The notes beneath the pieces are model-generated. The model had not been told where the DNA came from and searched no databases. It saw only the letters and a program-made list of their open reading frames with translations. From the IMG/VR virus record IMGVR_UViG_3300044627_003678: a DNA stretch of 64,000 bases. One strand, 5' to 3'. The position numbers and the translations under genes were made by a program. Position 1 is the first letter of the stretch, and each line of letters starts with the position of its first letter. Below are positions 9,010 through 18,218 of the stretch, piece by piece. This stretch comes from an uncultured virus (IMG/VR IMGVR_UViG_3300044627_003678) (Duplodnaviria > Heunggongvirae > Uroviricota > Caudoviricetes).

Positions 9010-10808
9010 TGGATTTTAATTTTAATGATCTTATTGATATTTTAGATGGCGAAGAATTTGAAGAAAGACCAGTAGACCTACAAACTTTTGTTACAAGCCC
9101 TAATTACTTAGCTTTACCACCACTTTCAAATTATCAATATACACTAATTGAAAAGTCATCTCAAATATATAAAGAGTCTACATTAATTAAATTATTTGGA
9201 GAAGAAGAAGGCTCTAGAATATTTAAACAAACCGCCAACGAAGTAATTGCTCAACTTGGTAAAGGTTCTGGTAAAGACTACTGCTCAACAATTGCAACAG
9301 CTTATATTGTGTATTTATTGTTATGCTTAAAAGACCCAGCATCATATTACGGTAAGCCACCAGGAGATGCAATTGATATTTTAAATATTGCTATTAACGC
9401 ACAACAGGCAAACAATGTTTTTTTTAAAGGTTTTAAAACACGTATTGAAAAATCACCATGGTTTACTGGAAAATACACAGACAAAGCTTCTGAAATGAAA
9501 TTTGATAAATCTATTACAGTTCATTCTGGTCACTCTGAGCGTGAAGCTTGGGAAGGGTATAACGTTATTGTTGTTATCCTTGATGAGATTTCAGGTTTTG
9601 CTACAGAGAATACAACTGGACATGATCAAGCTAAAACTGCAGATGCTATATACGAAATGTACAGAGCATCAGTAGACTCACGTTTCCCAGATTTTGGCAA
9701 AGTAATATTACTTTCTTTTCCAAGATTTAAAAATGATCCTATACAAAAATTTTATGAATCTGTTATTGCTGAAAAAGAAACTATAGTAAGAAGCCATAAT
9801 TTTAAAATGGATCTCGATCTCCCAGACGGAACTGAAGGTAATGAGTTTGTAGTTGAATGGGAAGAAGACCATATTCTTTCTTATTCTATTCCAAAAGTAT
9901 ATGCATTAAAACGTCCAACCTGGGAAATTAATCCAACTAGAAGCATTGATGATTTTAAAGTAGCATTTTATAAAAACTCTATGGATGCATTAGGAAGGTT
10001 TGCTTGCATGCCGTCAGACGCAGTAGATGCATTTTTTAAATCAAGAGAAAAAATAGAAACAGCATTTAATAACACAGCAGTTGCTATTGATCAATTTGGA
10101 AGATTTGAAAATTGGTTCGCACCAGACCCAGATAAAGAATATTTTATACACGTAGACCTTGCACAAAAGCATGACCATTGTGCAGTTTCTTTAGCACATG
10201 TTCAAAAATGGGTTAATGTAAAAGTAAGTGATACTTATACCCAGCCAGCACCAATAGTAGAAGTAGATGCGGTAAGATTTTGGACTCCAACACCAGATAA
10301 GTCTGTAGACTTTACAGAAGTAAAAGATTACATATTGTCTTTAAGAACAAAAGGATTTAAAATAAGACTATGTACTTTTGACAGATGGAATTCTCACGAT
10401 ATGATGCAACAACTAAAACAATACGGCATCAATACAGAAATTCTATCTGTCGCTAAAAAACACTACGACGATATGGCGATGATAGTTTTAGAAGAAAGAC
10501 TAAAAGGGCCACACATTCCTTTACTTATAGATGAATTATTGCAATTAAAAATTATGAGAGATAAGGTAGACCACCCAAGAAAAGGATCAAAAGACTTGGC
10601 AGATGCTGTCTGTGGATCAATATTTAATGCAATACGTGGAACTAAATTTGATTCAAATGAAGAAATTAACATACATACATACGAATCAATGTCTTATGAT
10701 AATGATTTTAGTAAAGATAACCCAGATGTATCTTCAGTAAATATGATAAGGGCGCCAAGAATGCCAGAAGAACTTAAGGAGGCAATGGATAGGATGATGG
10801 TAATATGA
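9009..10808 (+). CDS. terL: terminase large subunit
   Basis: GKGSGKD Walker A, VILDE Walker B, HVDLA RNase H-like nuclease, DHP..GSKDLADA. Confidence 0.92.
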   Translation: MDFNFNDLIDILDGEEFEERPVDLQTFVTSPNYLALPPLSNYQYTLIEKSSQIYKESTLIKLFGEEEGSRIFKQTANEVIAQLGKGSGKDYCSTIATAYIVYLLLCLKDPASYYGKPPGDAIDILNIAINAQQANNVFFKGFKTRIEKSPWFTGKYTDKASEMKFDKSITVHSGHSEREAWEGYNVIVVILDEISGFATENTTGHDQAKTADAIYEMYRASVDSRFPDFGKVILLSFPRFKNDPIQKFYESVIAEKETIVRSHNFKMDLDLPDGTEGNEFVVEWEEDHILSYSIPKVYALKRPTWEINPTRSIDDFKVAFYKNSMDALGRFACMPSDAVDAFFKSREKIETAFNNTAVAIDQFGRFENWFAPDPDKEYFIHVDLAQKHDHCAVSLAHVQKWVNVKVSDTYTQPAPIVEVDAVRFWTPTPDKSVDFTEVKDYILSLRTKGFKIRLCTFDRWNSHDMMQQLKQYGINTEILSVAKKHYDDMAMIVLEERLKGPHIPLLIDELLQLKIMRDKVDHPRKGSKDLADAVCGSIFNAIRGTKFDSNEEINIHTYESMSYDNDFSKDNPDVSSVNMIRAPRMPEELKEAMDRMMVI

Positions 10809-11044
10809 GTATATATCAAGAAAAAGCTAAAGAGTGTAAGTGTTGTGGAAAGCATGTCCCTCTACCAACAGTTTTAAAAGAGTATAATGGTATTATGGTT
10901 TGTCCAACAACATTTTCAAATATAATAGAATACACAAGAATATGGAATGCAATTGGATCAAGGCCACCTGGAAATGTTAGAAAACATTTTTCAGAATATG
11001 TCCAACAAATTGTGGAGAACGAATTAAATAAAAGAAAAATTTAA
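10805..11044 (+). CDS. zinc-binding hypothetical protein
   Basis: CKCC...CPT; coupled to terL. Confidence 0.6.
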   Translation: MSIYQEKAKECKCCGKHVPLPTVLKEYNGIMVCPTTFSNIIEYTRIWNAIGSRPPGNVRKHFSEYVQQIVENELNKRKI

Positions 11045-11046
11045 AA

Positions 11047-12108
11047 ATGAATTATAACGAAATGTTTTATTCTGGAATAATAGATGAAAAAAGTAATAAA
11101 TCTTTTAATTTTTATCCAGGTATAATAGAATCAATTTATTATAATGATTTTATTAAATACTCTAAAAGAGATCATGCTATATTAGAAAATAGATTTTTGG
11201 CATTTAAAAAAATAGACCCAGAATTAGATTTTAAATTAAATAAAGAAGGATATAGGTCTCCTGAGTTTACAGAAAATGTTGATTTTTTAATAGCTGGGTG
11301 CTCTACTACAATGGGGGATGCGCTAAAAATTAATAAAGTGTGGCATGAGTTATTGTTAAAAGAAACTGAATACAGTTATGCATCATTGGCTTTTTCTGGT
11401 GAAAGCGTAAATAGTCAGGTAGAAAAAATATTTAAGTATATTAAAAAATATAATAATCCAAAAAATATTTTATTTTTAATGCCCAATTTTGAAAGAATAA
11501 AAATATTTAATGTGCCAGATTTATTTGTATCTGAAAGATTTGACTCATATGTAAAATACAATTACGATTCAAGTTATAAGGCATTTTATAAAAATATGGC
11601 TGACGTGCCTTTATTTAAAACAATAGGTAGGACAATCGAAGATCTTTCGGTAATAACAGTATTGCCAAACCAACAAGAAATAACATATTTCAAGAGACCT
11701 TTAAGAGCAGAAGAGGCTATTCCAATAGAAATGGCACACATGTATTCTGCCCAAAGTATTCATATTTTAGATTTATATTGTAAGCAGGCCAACATAAATT
11801 TAATATATGGAACTTGGGACGGCAATACTAATTTACTTTTAAAAAAAATTTCAAACGAAAATAATTTTAAAAATTTTATAGACTTAGAATCAGAAAAATG
11901 GAGTAAATCTAAAAATAATAAATATGATACATATATTTTAGATAAATGTCATACTGAATACGAAAAAGATATTTATTTTAATGCAGCTTTAGATGTCCAC
12001 ATTGAAGACATAGGCAGTGTACATTTTGGATTACATCGACATATTCACATTAGAGATCATTTTGCAAAACAATTAAATGAAAGGTATGGCTATGATTTTA
12101 AAATTTAA
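11047..12108 (+). CDS. SGNH-hydrolase-like protein
   Basis: N..GYRS.EF...LIAGCSTTMG and C-terminal HFG..H; paralog at 33615. Confidence 0.55.
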   Translation: MNYNEMFYSGIIDEKSNKSFNFYPGIIESIYYNDFIKYSKRDHAILENRFLAFKKIDPELDFKLNKEGYRSPEFTENVDFLIAGCSTTMGDALKINKVWHELLLKETEYSYASLAFSGESVNSQVEKIFKYIKKYNNPKNILFLMPNFERIKIFNVPDLFVSERFDSYVKYNYDSSYKAFYKNMADVPLFKTIGRTIEDLSVITVLPNQQEITYFKRPLRAEEAIPIEMAHMYSAQSIHILDLYCKQANINLIYGTWDGNTNLLLKKISNENNFKNFIDLESEKWSKSKNNKYDTYILDKCHTEYEKDIYFNAALDVHIEDIGSVHFGLHRHIHIRDHFAKQLNERYGYDFKI

Positions 12109-12171
12109 ATATTATATTTATAAGTTAAAATTAAAATTTAAAAAAAATAACAATCATGATCGTTTTATATA

Positions 12172-12996
12172 TTAATTATTTTTTATTGCTTTTATTGTAA
12201 AAAGTCCAGGATTAAATATATTTTTTGAAATATCTATTTTTGCTTTAAGCAATAACTCATTTTCAATCTTATTAAAATTAATACTATCATCAATAAATTC
12301 ATAATTATTTAAAGAAGTTTGTAAAATAGTACAGCCCAATTTATTTAATAAATTTTCAATCTCAATAAAAGAATATTGAGATTCAAATGGAGTTAAAACT
12401 TGATCATAAAAAATTGATTTTATAATTTTATTATTTTTATTTTTAAAAATTAAATTTTTAAAACATTTGAATAATTTTTTATTTGAATAATTTTTATTTT
12501 TTAACTTCTGAAAATGTTCTAAAAATGGATATCTTTCATATTTATTATATAGTCCTAAAATTAATATTCCATTTTCATCTAAAAGATTTGTTACTATATC
12601 TTCAAGTACTTCTTCAAAATTTTTAATGTGATGTAAAACTCCAAAAGAAATAATTGTTTTAAATTTTTCATTTTTATATTTTGAAAAACTTGAAATATCA
12701 TTTTCAATAAAAAATGTATTTAATTTTAATTTTTTTGATACTTTGTTTGACACATTAATACCATTTTTATTAAAATCAATTCCAACTCCAAATGCGTTAT
12801 AATAATAAGACAGGCCATTTAATAGCCAGCCAGACCCAGAGCCAAGCTCAAGAATTTTATATTCATAATTTATGTCTTTTAGAATTGGAATATCTTTAAT
12901 TACATTAATATTTTTAATTAAATTTATTTCTTTTTTTAAGCCAAATTGATTAAAATTAATATAATTATAAAAATTTTTTATATTCATATTATGCAT
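12172..12996 (-). CDS. class I SAM-dependent methyltransferase
   Basis: ILELGSGSG, GIDF, SFGVLHH; probable start at 12987 (leaderless after TACAAT). Confidence 0.85.
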   Translation of the reverse strand: MHNMNIKNFYNYINFNQFGLKKEINLIKNINVIKDIPILKDINYEYKILELGSGSGWLLNGLSYYYNAFGVGIDFNKNGINVSNKVSKKLKLNTFFIENDISSFSKYKNEKFKTIISFGVLHHIKNFEEVLEDIVTNLLDENGILILGLYNKYERYPFLEHFQKLKNKNYSNKKLFKCFKNLIFKNKNNKIIKSIFYDQVLTPFESQYSFIEIENLLNKLGCTILQTSLNNYEFIDDSINFNKIENELLLKAKIDISKNIFNPGLFTIKAIKNN

Positions 12997-13023
12997 TGTA
13001 GCATATATGATAGAATGTAGTAT

Positions 13024-14460
13024 ATGATAATTTTAGGTATTAATGAGACATCTCATGATGCATCTGTATCTTTAATTAAAGATGGAGAGATATTATTTGC
13101 TGGGCATGCTGAAAGATACAGCAAAGAAAAAAATGATTGGTATATTAATGATAGCTTAATTAATGATGCCATACAGTACGGATTTCCAGATAAAATAGCT
13201 TATTATGAAAAGCCATTATTAAAAGCATCTAGATTATTATTAAAAGGTGGAGCAGCAGACTGGAAGCCAAAATATAAAATAAAAAATATATTTGGAAAAC
13301 ATTTGCCAACTCATTATTTTAAACATCATTATTCTCACGCTTGTGCTGGATACTATACTAGTAAATTTAATGACGCAGTTATAGTTGTATTAGACTCTAT
13401 TGGAGAATGGAACACCTCAACAATATGGGTAGGAGAAAACGATAAAATAAAATTAAAAGAAAAAATTAACTATCCATTTAGTTTTGGACTATTTTATTCT
13501 GCATTTACTAAATTAGTTGGACTGAAGCCAAATGAAGAAGAGTATATATTTATGGGAATGGCTGGATATGGGGATCCTAAAAAATATTGGTCTAAAGTTA
13601 ACGAATATTTTCCTTCTATTAAAAATCAAAAATATAATTTTCATAAAGGAATTATAGATTGGGGTGAGGTTAACGAGCAAGATAAATTTGATATCGCAGC
13701 GTCAGTTCAAAAAGTATATGAGTTAAGGCTATTTGAATTTATGCAATACGCAAAAAAAATAACAAATAAAGATAATTTAGTATTTATGGGTGGCTGTGCA
13801 TTAAATTGTTCTGCCAATACTATACTTTGGAAAATATTTAAAGACATATGGATTATGCCAAATCCTGGAGACGCTGGCAGCTCTTTGGGTGCAGCATCAG
13901 CATTGTATGGAAAACATTTAAACTGGCAGTCTCCTTATTTAGGATATAATTTAAAAGGAGAATATCCTATAAATGATATTGTAGAAGGCATAAAAAGAAA
14001 CGGTATAGTAGCAGTTGCGTCTGGCAGGGCAGAATATGGACCAAGGGCACTAGGAAACAGAAGCATACTTGCAGACCCAAGAGATCCAGATATTAAAAAT
14101 AAAGTTAATTTAATTAAACAAAGAGAACTATTTAGACCATTCGCCCCAGTAGTTTTAGAAGAGTTTGCTAGTGAATGGTTTGATATGGATTTTGTTTCTC
14201 CATACATGCAATATGCTGTGAAATGTAAATATCCAGAAAAGGTCCCATCAGTAGTTCATATTGACGGCACATCTAGAGTTCAAACCATAAATAAAGAACA
14301 GCATCCTGGATTACATATGGTTTTAAGAAAATTTTATTGGGATACTGGCGTACCCATGCTGCTTAATACAAGTTTAAATATTAAAGGCCAACCGTTATTA
14401 AATGATATAAATGATATAAAAATGTGGCAAACTCAATATAAACAAAAAATTATTTTATAA
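13024..14460 (+). CDS. carbamoyltransferase (NodU/CmcH family)
   Basis: HDAS, HHYSHA, GGCALN, GDAG, EYGPRALGNRSILADPR, RPFAP, LNTSLN. Confidence 0.93.
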   Translation: MIILGINETSHDASVSLIKDGEILFAGHAERYSKEKNDWYINDSLINDAIQYGFPDKIAYYEKPLLKASRLLLKGGAADWKPKYKIKNIFGKHLPTHYFKHHYSHACAGYYTSKFNDAVIVVLDSIGEWNTSTIWVGENDKIKLKEKINYPFSFGLFYSAFTKLVGLKPNEEEYIFMGMAGYGDPKKYWSKVNEYFPSIKNQKYNFHKGIIDWGEVNEQDKFDIAASVQKVYELRLFEFMQYAKKITNKDNLVFMGGCALNCSANTILWKIFKDIWIMPNPGDAGSSLGAASALYGKHLNWQSPYLGYNLKGEYPINDIVEGIKRNGIVAVASGRAEYGPRALGNRSILADPRDPDIKNKVNLIKQRELFRPFAPVVLEEFASEWFDMDFVSPYMQYAVKCKYPEKVPSVVHIDGTSRVQTINKEQHPGLHMVLRKFYWDTGVPMLLNTSLNIKGQPLLNDINDIKMWQTQYKQKIIL

Positions 14461-14520
14461 AAATTTAATAGATAAAATAATAAAAAAATGATATAATGTA
14501 TTGTATGAGGAAGGTATAAA

Positions 14521-15120
14521 ATGGAAAATAAAATTATTTATAACGTATTTTCAAATGAAGAAATAAAAGACATATATCTAGCAGTAGATTTTAAAAAAGA
14601 TGAAATACAAAATCAAACTTTTTTAGGAAGAACAAGACTAGACTATGAAACAAATGATTTTCATTTACTTCCTAAAAGTATAATAAAAAAAGCAAATGAT
14701 TTAATAAACCAGTTTTCAGATAAAGATAATAGAAATTATGAATTTCATTATTTTATGTTTGTAGAATATAATAATAAATTTGGAATCCCTAGCTTGGGTC
14801 CCCACAGAGACACTACACCGTTTACTGGCAGCCTACTGTGTCAGATAGAATCAAATAAATCTTGGGATTTATATGTAGACGGTAATCCTTATACACTAAT
14901 TGATAACAGCGCTCTTTTATTAAATGTAAGAGATCAAGATCATTGGAGAATGCCTGAAGAATTTAAAGATGGAGAATATATTAAAATGTTATTTTTACAT
15001 TATATAGATTTAAATGACATAAAAGAAAACATATCAACACCAGAACAATTGCATGAAATTAATACAAGATGGTCGCATATAACTGGGTACACACCAGATC
15101 AAAGAACATACGATATTTAA
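14521..15120 (+). CDS. 2OG-Fe(II) oxygenase-like protein
   Basis: LGPHRD...WDLYV...HWR...LFLHY. Confidence 0.7.
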   Translation: MENKIIYNVFSNEEIKDIYLAVDFKKDEIQNQTFLGRTRLDYETNDFHLLPKSIIKKANDLINQFSDKDNRNYEFHYFMFVEYNNKFGIPSLGPHRDTTPFTGSLLCQIESNKSWDLYVDGNPYTLIDNSALLLNVRDQDHWRMPEEFKDGEYIKMLFLHYIDLNDIKENISTPEQLHEINTRWSHITGYTPDQRTYDI

Positions 15121-15170
15121 TATATTTTTAAATACTAGAAAAAAAAATATAAAAATGATATACTTAACAA

Positions 15171-15761
15171 ATGAATAATGTTTTGATAATTGGTGGAACT
15201 GCAAGATCTTGCAAAACTATTATTAGCTATTTAGAAAAAGAAAATTTTAATATAGATTTAATAACATATAGGCAAAAAGATAAAATTTATGGTAAATATA
15301 AATGGACCTATTTAGATTTTGAAGACTTTAATTCTGTTAATAATTTTATTAAAAATTTACCAATAAATTATTACGATAAAATAATTTTTTTATCTGGAAA
15401 TTCTATTTCAGAAAATATAGAAAATATTGATTTAAAAGAATTAAAAAAATTTTATGACTCATATTTGTTTAATTATAATCTTTTGTTAACAAATTCAGTT
15501 AAATCATTAAATGAAAACGGTAAAATAATTTTTATATCTTCTATTGCAGCAAATGAAGCAATTTTAGATGTGCATTATTCTGCTGTAAAGGCTGCAAATC
15601 AAGCATTAGTTAAATCTTTATCTTTATACGCAAAAGAAAACCAATCTATGGTATCCATAGCTCCAGGAACAATTACAGATGATATAAGAAAACAAATTGC
15701 TCAATTAATAATTGATATAAATAAAATTGACAATGGAAAAATATTTAAGTTGGGGTATTAA
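15171..15761 (+). CDS. short-chain dehydrogenase/reductase
   Basis: VLIIGG, IIFISSIAA, YSAVK (YxxxK), SIAPG. Confidence 0.8.
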   Translation: MNNVLIIGGTARSCKTIISYLEKENFNIDLITYRQKDKIYGKYKWTYLDFEDFNSVNNFIKNLPINYYDKIIFLSGNSISENIENIDLKELKKFYDSYLFNYNLLLTNSVKSLNENGKIIFISSIAANEAILDVHYSAVKAANQALVKSLSLYAKENQSMVSIAPGTITDDIRKQIAQLIIDINKIDNGKIFKLGY

Positions 15762-15765
15762 TAAA

Positions 15766-16518
15766 ATGTTATTTATTGTTGGAGATAGTCACACACTTAG
15801 ATTAAGAAATTCAGCTGAAGGATTGCAAGATAACAAATATATTCCTTCTCAATATTGTGATTGGACATCTACTGATTATTTAACAGTAAATCAAAATAAA
15901 AATCATCCAGGAGCAGGCACTCAAATTAAGGTTTCATCACAATGTAAAGAATCACATCTTAGCATGTATTCAAATAATAATAAAACAATAGCTTTTTCGG
16001 GTCACCCTGGCGGTACAGGATATAGCTCAACTTATTCTCAAGGAGAGTACCCATGTATAAAAAAAATATTAAATAAAGATTCTATAATAATGCCATTTTT
16101 TGGATACATAGATGTAAAGGCACATTTACCTCACACACATAATACAGAAGAAGCAGTAATTAGATATATTGAAAGAACTGTTAAATTTTTTGACAATGAT
16201 AAAAACATTAAGTTTTTAGAACCAATGCCTCAGTTTGTTAATGCATTAGGAGGAGGATACCCTAACTATGAATTTGATATAAGATTTAAATATTATGAAG
16301 AATATAAGTATTATTTAAGAAAATATATTAAACATTATAAACTTGAAAGCCCTATATCGACGGAGGATATTTTTCAAACAGATAGATTTGATGAGTCTTA
16401 CGAATGCCATGACTGCATAGACTGCTTAAGACCACAATTTATAGACAAAAAATTAGACCATTTAAAACCAGAATTTAATAAAACAATATTAGACCATATA
16501 ATGAAAAATTTCTTATAA
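15766..16518 (+). CDS. SGNH-like hypothetical protein
   Basis: FIVGDSH N-terminal block, DH near C-terminus; paralog at 48977. Confidence 0.55.
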   Translation: MLFIVGDSHTLRLRNSAEGLQDNKYIPSQYCDWTSTDYLTVNQNKNHPGAGTQIKVSSQCKESHLSMYSNNNKTIAFSGHPGGTGYSSTYSQGEYPCIKKILNKDSIIMPFFGYIDVKAHLPHTHNTEEAVIRYIERTVKFFDNDKNIKFLEPMPQFVNALGGGYPNYEFDIRFKYYEEYKYYLRKYIKHYKLESPISTEDIFQTDRFDESYECHDCIDCLRPQFIDKKLDHLKPEFNKTILDHIMKNFL

Positions 16519-16563
16519 GCTATTGACCGTCTCAGATATAATATATATAATATATTATTATGA

Positions 16564-16637
16564 GCAACAGTAGCTTAGTTGGTTAAAGCCCCGAACTCAT
16601 AATTCGGTAATCGTAGGTTCAAGTCCTACCTGTTGCA
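16564..16637 (+). tRNA. tRNA with CAT anticodon (elongator Met or Ile2)
   Basis: GCAACAG/CTGTTGC acceptor, CCGAA-CTCATAA-TTCGG anticodon arm, GTTCAAG T-loop; TTGACC...TATATT promoter upstream. Confidence 0.92.
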
Positions 16638-16652
16638 CAAGGAGATGATGCT

Positions 16653-16946
16653 GTGGAATATCCAGAGGATAATGACCTATTTGATTATTATATGGAGATT
16701 GGTGCTATAGAATTGTCTGGGATTGATGATTCTGGTGAAATAGTTTTTAAAGTTACCGATAAAGCCAAAGAGTTGGCCCCAGAACTGTGGAATGCTCATG
16801 CAGACTATGTAGACCAAACACTACTTGATCTTTATAATAAAGATTTAATATCTGTTGAGTATGATGAAAATCTACAAGCAACAATAAGTCTTACAGAACA
16901 AGCTCAAAAAATTATTGAAGATAAAGGAATTATGCCACTTGATTAA
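16653..16946 (+). CDS. acidic hypothetical protein
   Basis: AAGGAG SD, GTG start. Confidence 0.65.
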   Translation: MEYPEDNDLFDYYMEIGAIELSGIDDSGEIVFKVTDKAKELAPELWNAHADYVDQTLLDLYNKDLISVEYDENLQATISLTEQAQKIIEDKGIMPLD

Positions 16947-16949
16947 AAA

Positions 16950-17015
16950 TGGTATAATATACATAGGTCGCCAAATGGGACCTAATTTAACTTATTCGCT
17001 TGAAGGAGGAATAAA
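16950..17015 (+). promoter_or_regulatory. hsp20 promoter and ROSE-like RNA thermometer 5'UTR
   Basis: TGGTATAAT; hairpin TAGGTC..GACCTA; TTATTCGCT pairs over AGGAGGAATAA with a bulged G. Confidence 0.65.
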
Positions 17016-17441
17016 ATGGTAAGTACATTCTCTATGGATCTTTTTAAAGATCCATTTTTTATTGGTTGGGATTCTTTTTTTAAAGAAATTGAAAGCCTTC
17101 CAAAAAACACATCAAACTATCCACCATATAACTTAATCAAATTTACTGATGATACCTATATGATTGAACTAGCATTAGCTGGATTCTCTAAGGATGACAT
17201 TGAAGTATCTCAAGAAAAAAATAATTTAACTATTAAGGGAAATATTGAAGAAGATGGTCAAGGAGAACATATCCACAAGGGTATTGCAACCAGAAGCTTT
17301 ACAAGAACTTTTTCTCTTGCAGAAAATATTGAGATTAAACATGTTACATGGATGAATGGTATTTTGGCTGTTTCTTTGTTTAGAAACACCCCAGAAGATC
17401 AAAAACCAAAAACATTTAAGATAAAAGATATAAACGACTGA
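17016..17441 (+). CDS. hsp20: small heat shock protein (Hsp20/IbpA-like)
   Basis: YPPYNLIK, IELALAGF, HKGIATRSFTRTF, NGIL. Confidence 0.95.
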   Translation: MVSTFSMDLFKDPFFIGWDSFFKEIESLPKNTSNYPPYNLIKFTDDTYMIELALAGFSKDDIEVSQEKNNLTIKGNIEEDGQGEHIHKGIATRSFTRTFSLAENIEIKHVTWMNGILAVSLFRNTPEDQKPKTFKIKDIND

Positions 17442-17450
17442 TATAATATA

Positions 17451-17550
17451 AGTCTGCACCCCTTCATCGGGGAGTCGCAGATTTGTCGGGGGAGACAGCG
17501 ACGTTAAATACCTGGTATAGTCCTGAGCATGACTTCTTAAAAAACTGCTC
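17451..17550 (+). ncRNA. candidate structured RNA / leader with H-type pseudoknot
   Basis: GC-rich non-coding stretch after TATAAT; hairpin AGTCTGC-ACCCC..GGGG-GCAGATT; pseudoknot AGTC/GACT plus GAGCA/TGCTC. Confidence 0.5.
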
Positions 17551-17571
17551 ATTATAAATGAGAGGCACAAA

Positions 17572-17976
17572 ATGTTTGAATACTATGTAAAAAAAGTAAG
17601 CAAGGTTGTTGACGGAGATACAATTGATGTAGACATTGATCTTGGTTTTGATATTTCATTTAGCTCAAGAGTAAGGTTGGCAGGGATTGACACTCCTGAA
17701 AGCCGTACCACAGACAAAATGGAAAAAGCGTTAGGTCTTGAATCTAAAGAATATTTAAAAAAAGCAATTGATTCCTCTAAAACTGTTGTAATTAAAACAG
17801 AAAAAATGGACTCATCAGAAAAGTATGGACGCATCCTTGGATGGGTATTTTTAGACGGATCAGAAGTTTCAATAAATCAAAAAATGATTAACGAAGGATA
17901 TGCTTGGGGATACATGGGGGAGACTAAAGTAAAAGATTTTGATGCTTTAGCAAAACAAAGAGCAAAGAAGAAGTAA
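17572..17976 (+). CDS. thermonuclease (SNase family)
   Basis: VVDGDTID, RVRLAGIDTPE, KYGRILG, INQKMINEGYA. Confidence 0.92.
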   Translation: MFEYYVKKVSKVVDGDTIDVDIDLGFDISFSSRVRLAGIDTPESRTTDKMEKALGLESKEYLKKAIDSSKTVVIKTEKMDSSEKYGRILGWVFLDGSEVSINQKMINEGYAWGYMGETKVKDFDALAKQRAKKK

Positions 17977-18159
17977 ATGCCAATATATGAATACTCATGT
18001 GTAACATGTGACAAATCATTAGAAGTTACTCGTAAGTTTGATGAAACAGAAGTTGTGCCACCCTGTCCTTCTTGCGGATACGGAATGGCAAGATCATATG
18101 GAACAGTTGGAATACAATTCAAAGGAAATGGTTTTTACAAAACAGATAATCCTAAGTAA
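17977..18159 (+). CDS. FmdB-family zinc ribbon protein
   Basis: MPIYEYSCVTC...CPSCG...FKGNGFYKTD. Confidence 0.9.
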   Translation: MPIYEYSCVTCDKSLEVTRKFDETEVVPPCPSCGYGMARSYGTVGIQFKGNGFYKTDNPK

Positions 18160-18218
18160 CTAAAATTATTTAAATAAACAAACATGATATAATCTCTATG
18201 TAACAAAAATTTTGTTAC

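Noticed and set aside
17484..17530. Pistol ribozyme (CGACG-UUAAAUA resemblance)
   Set aside because: The P1 loop lacks a convincing pseudoknot partner and the downstream P2/P3 architecture is missing
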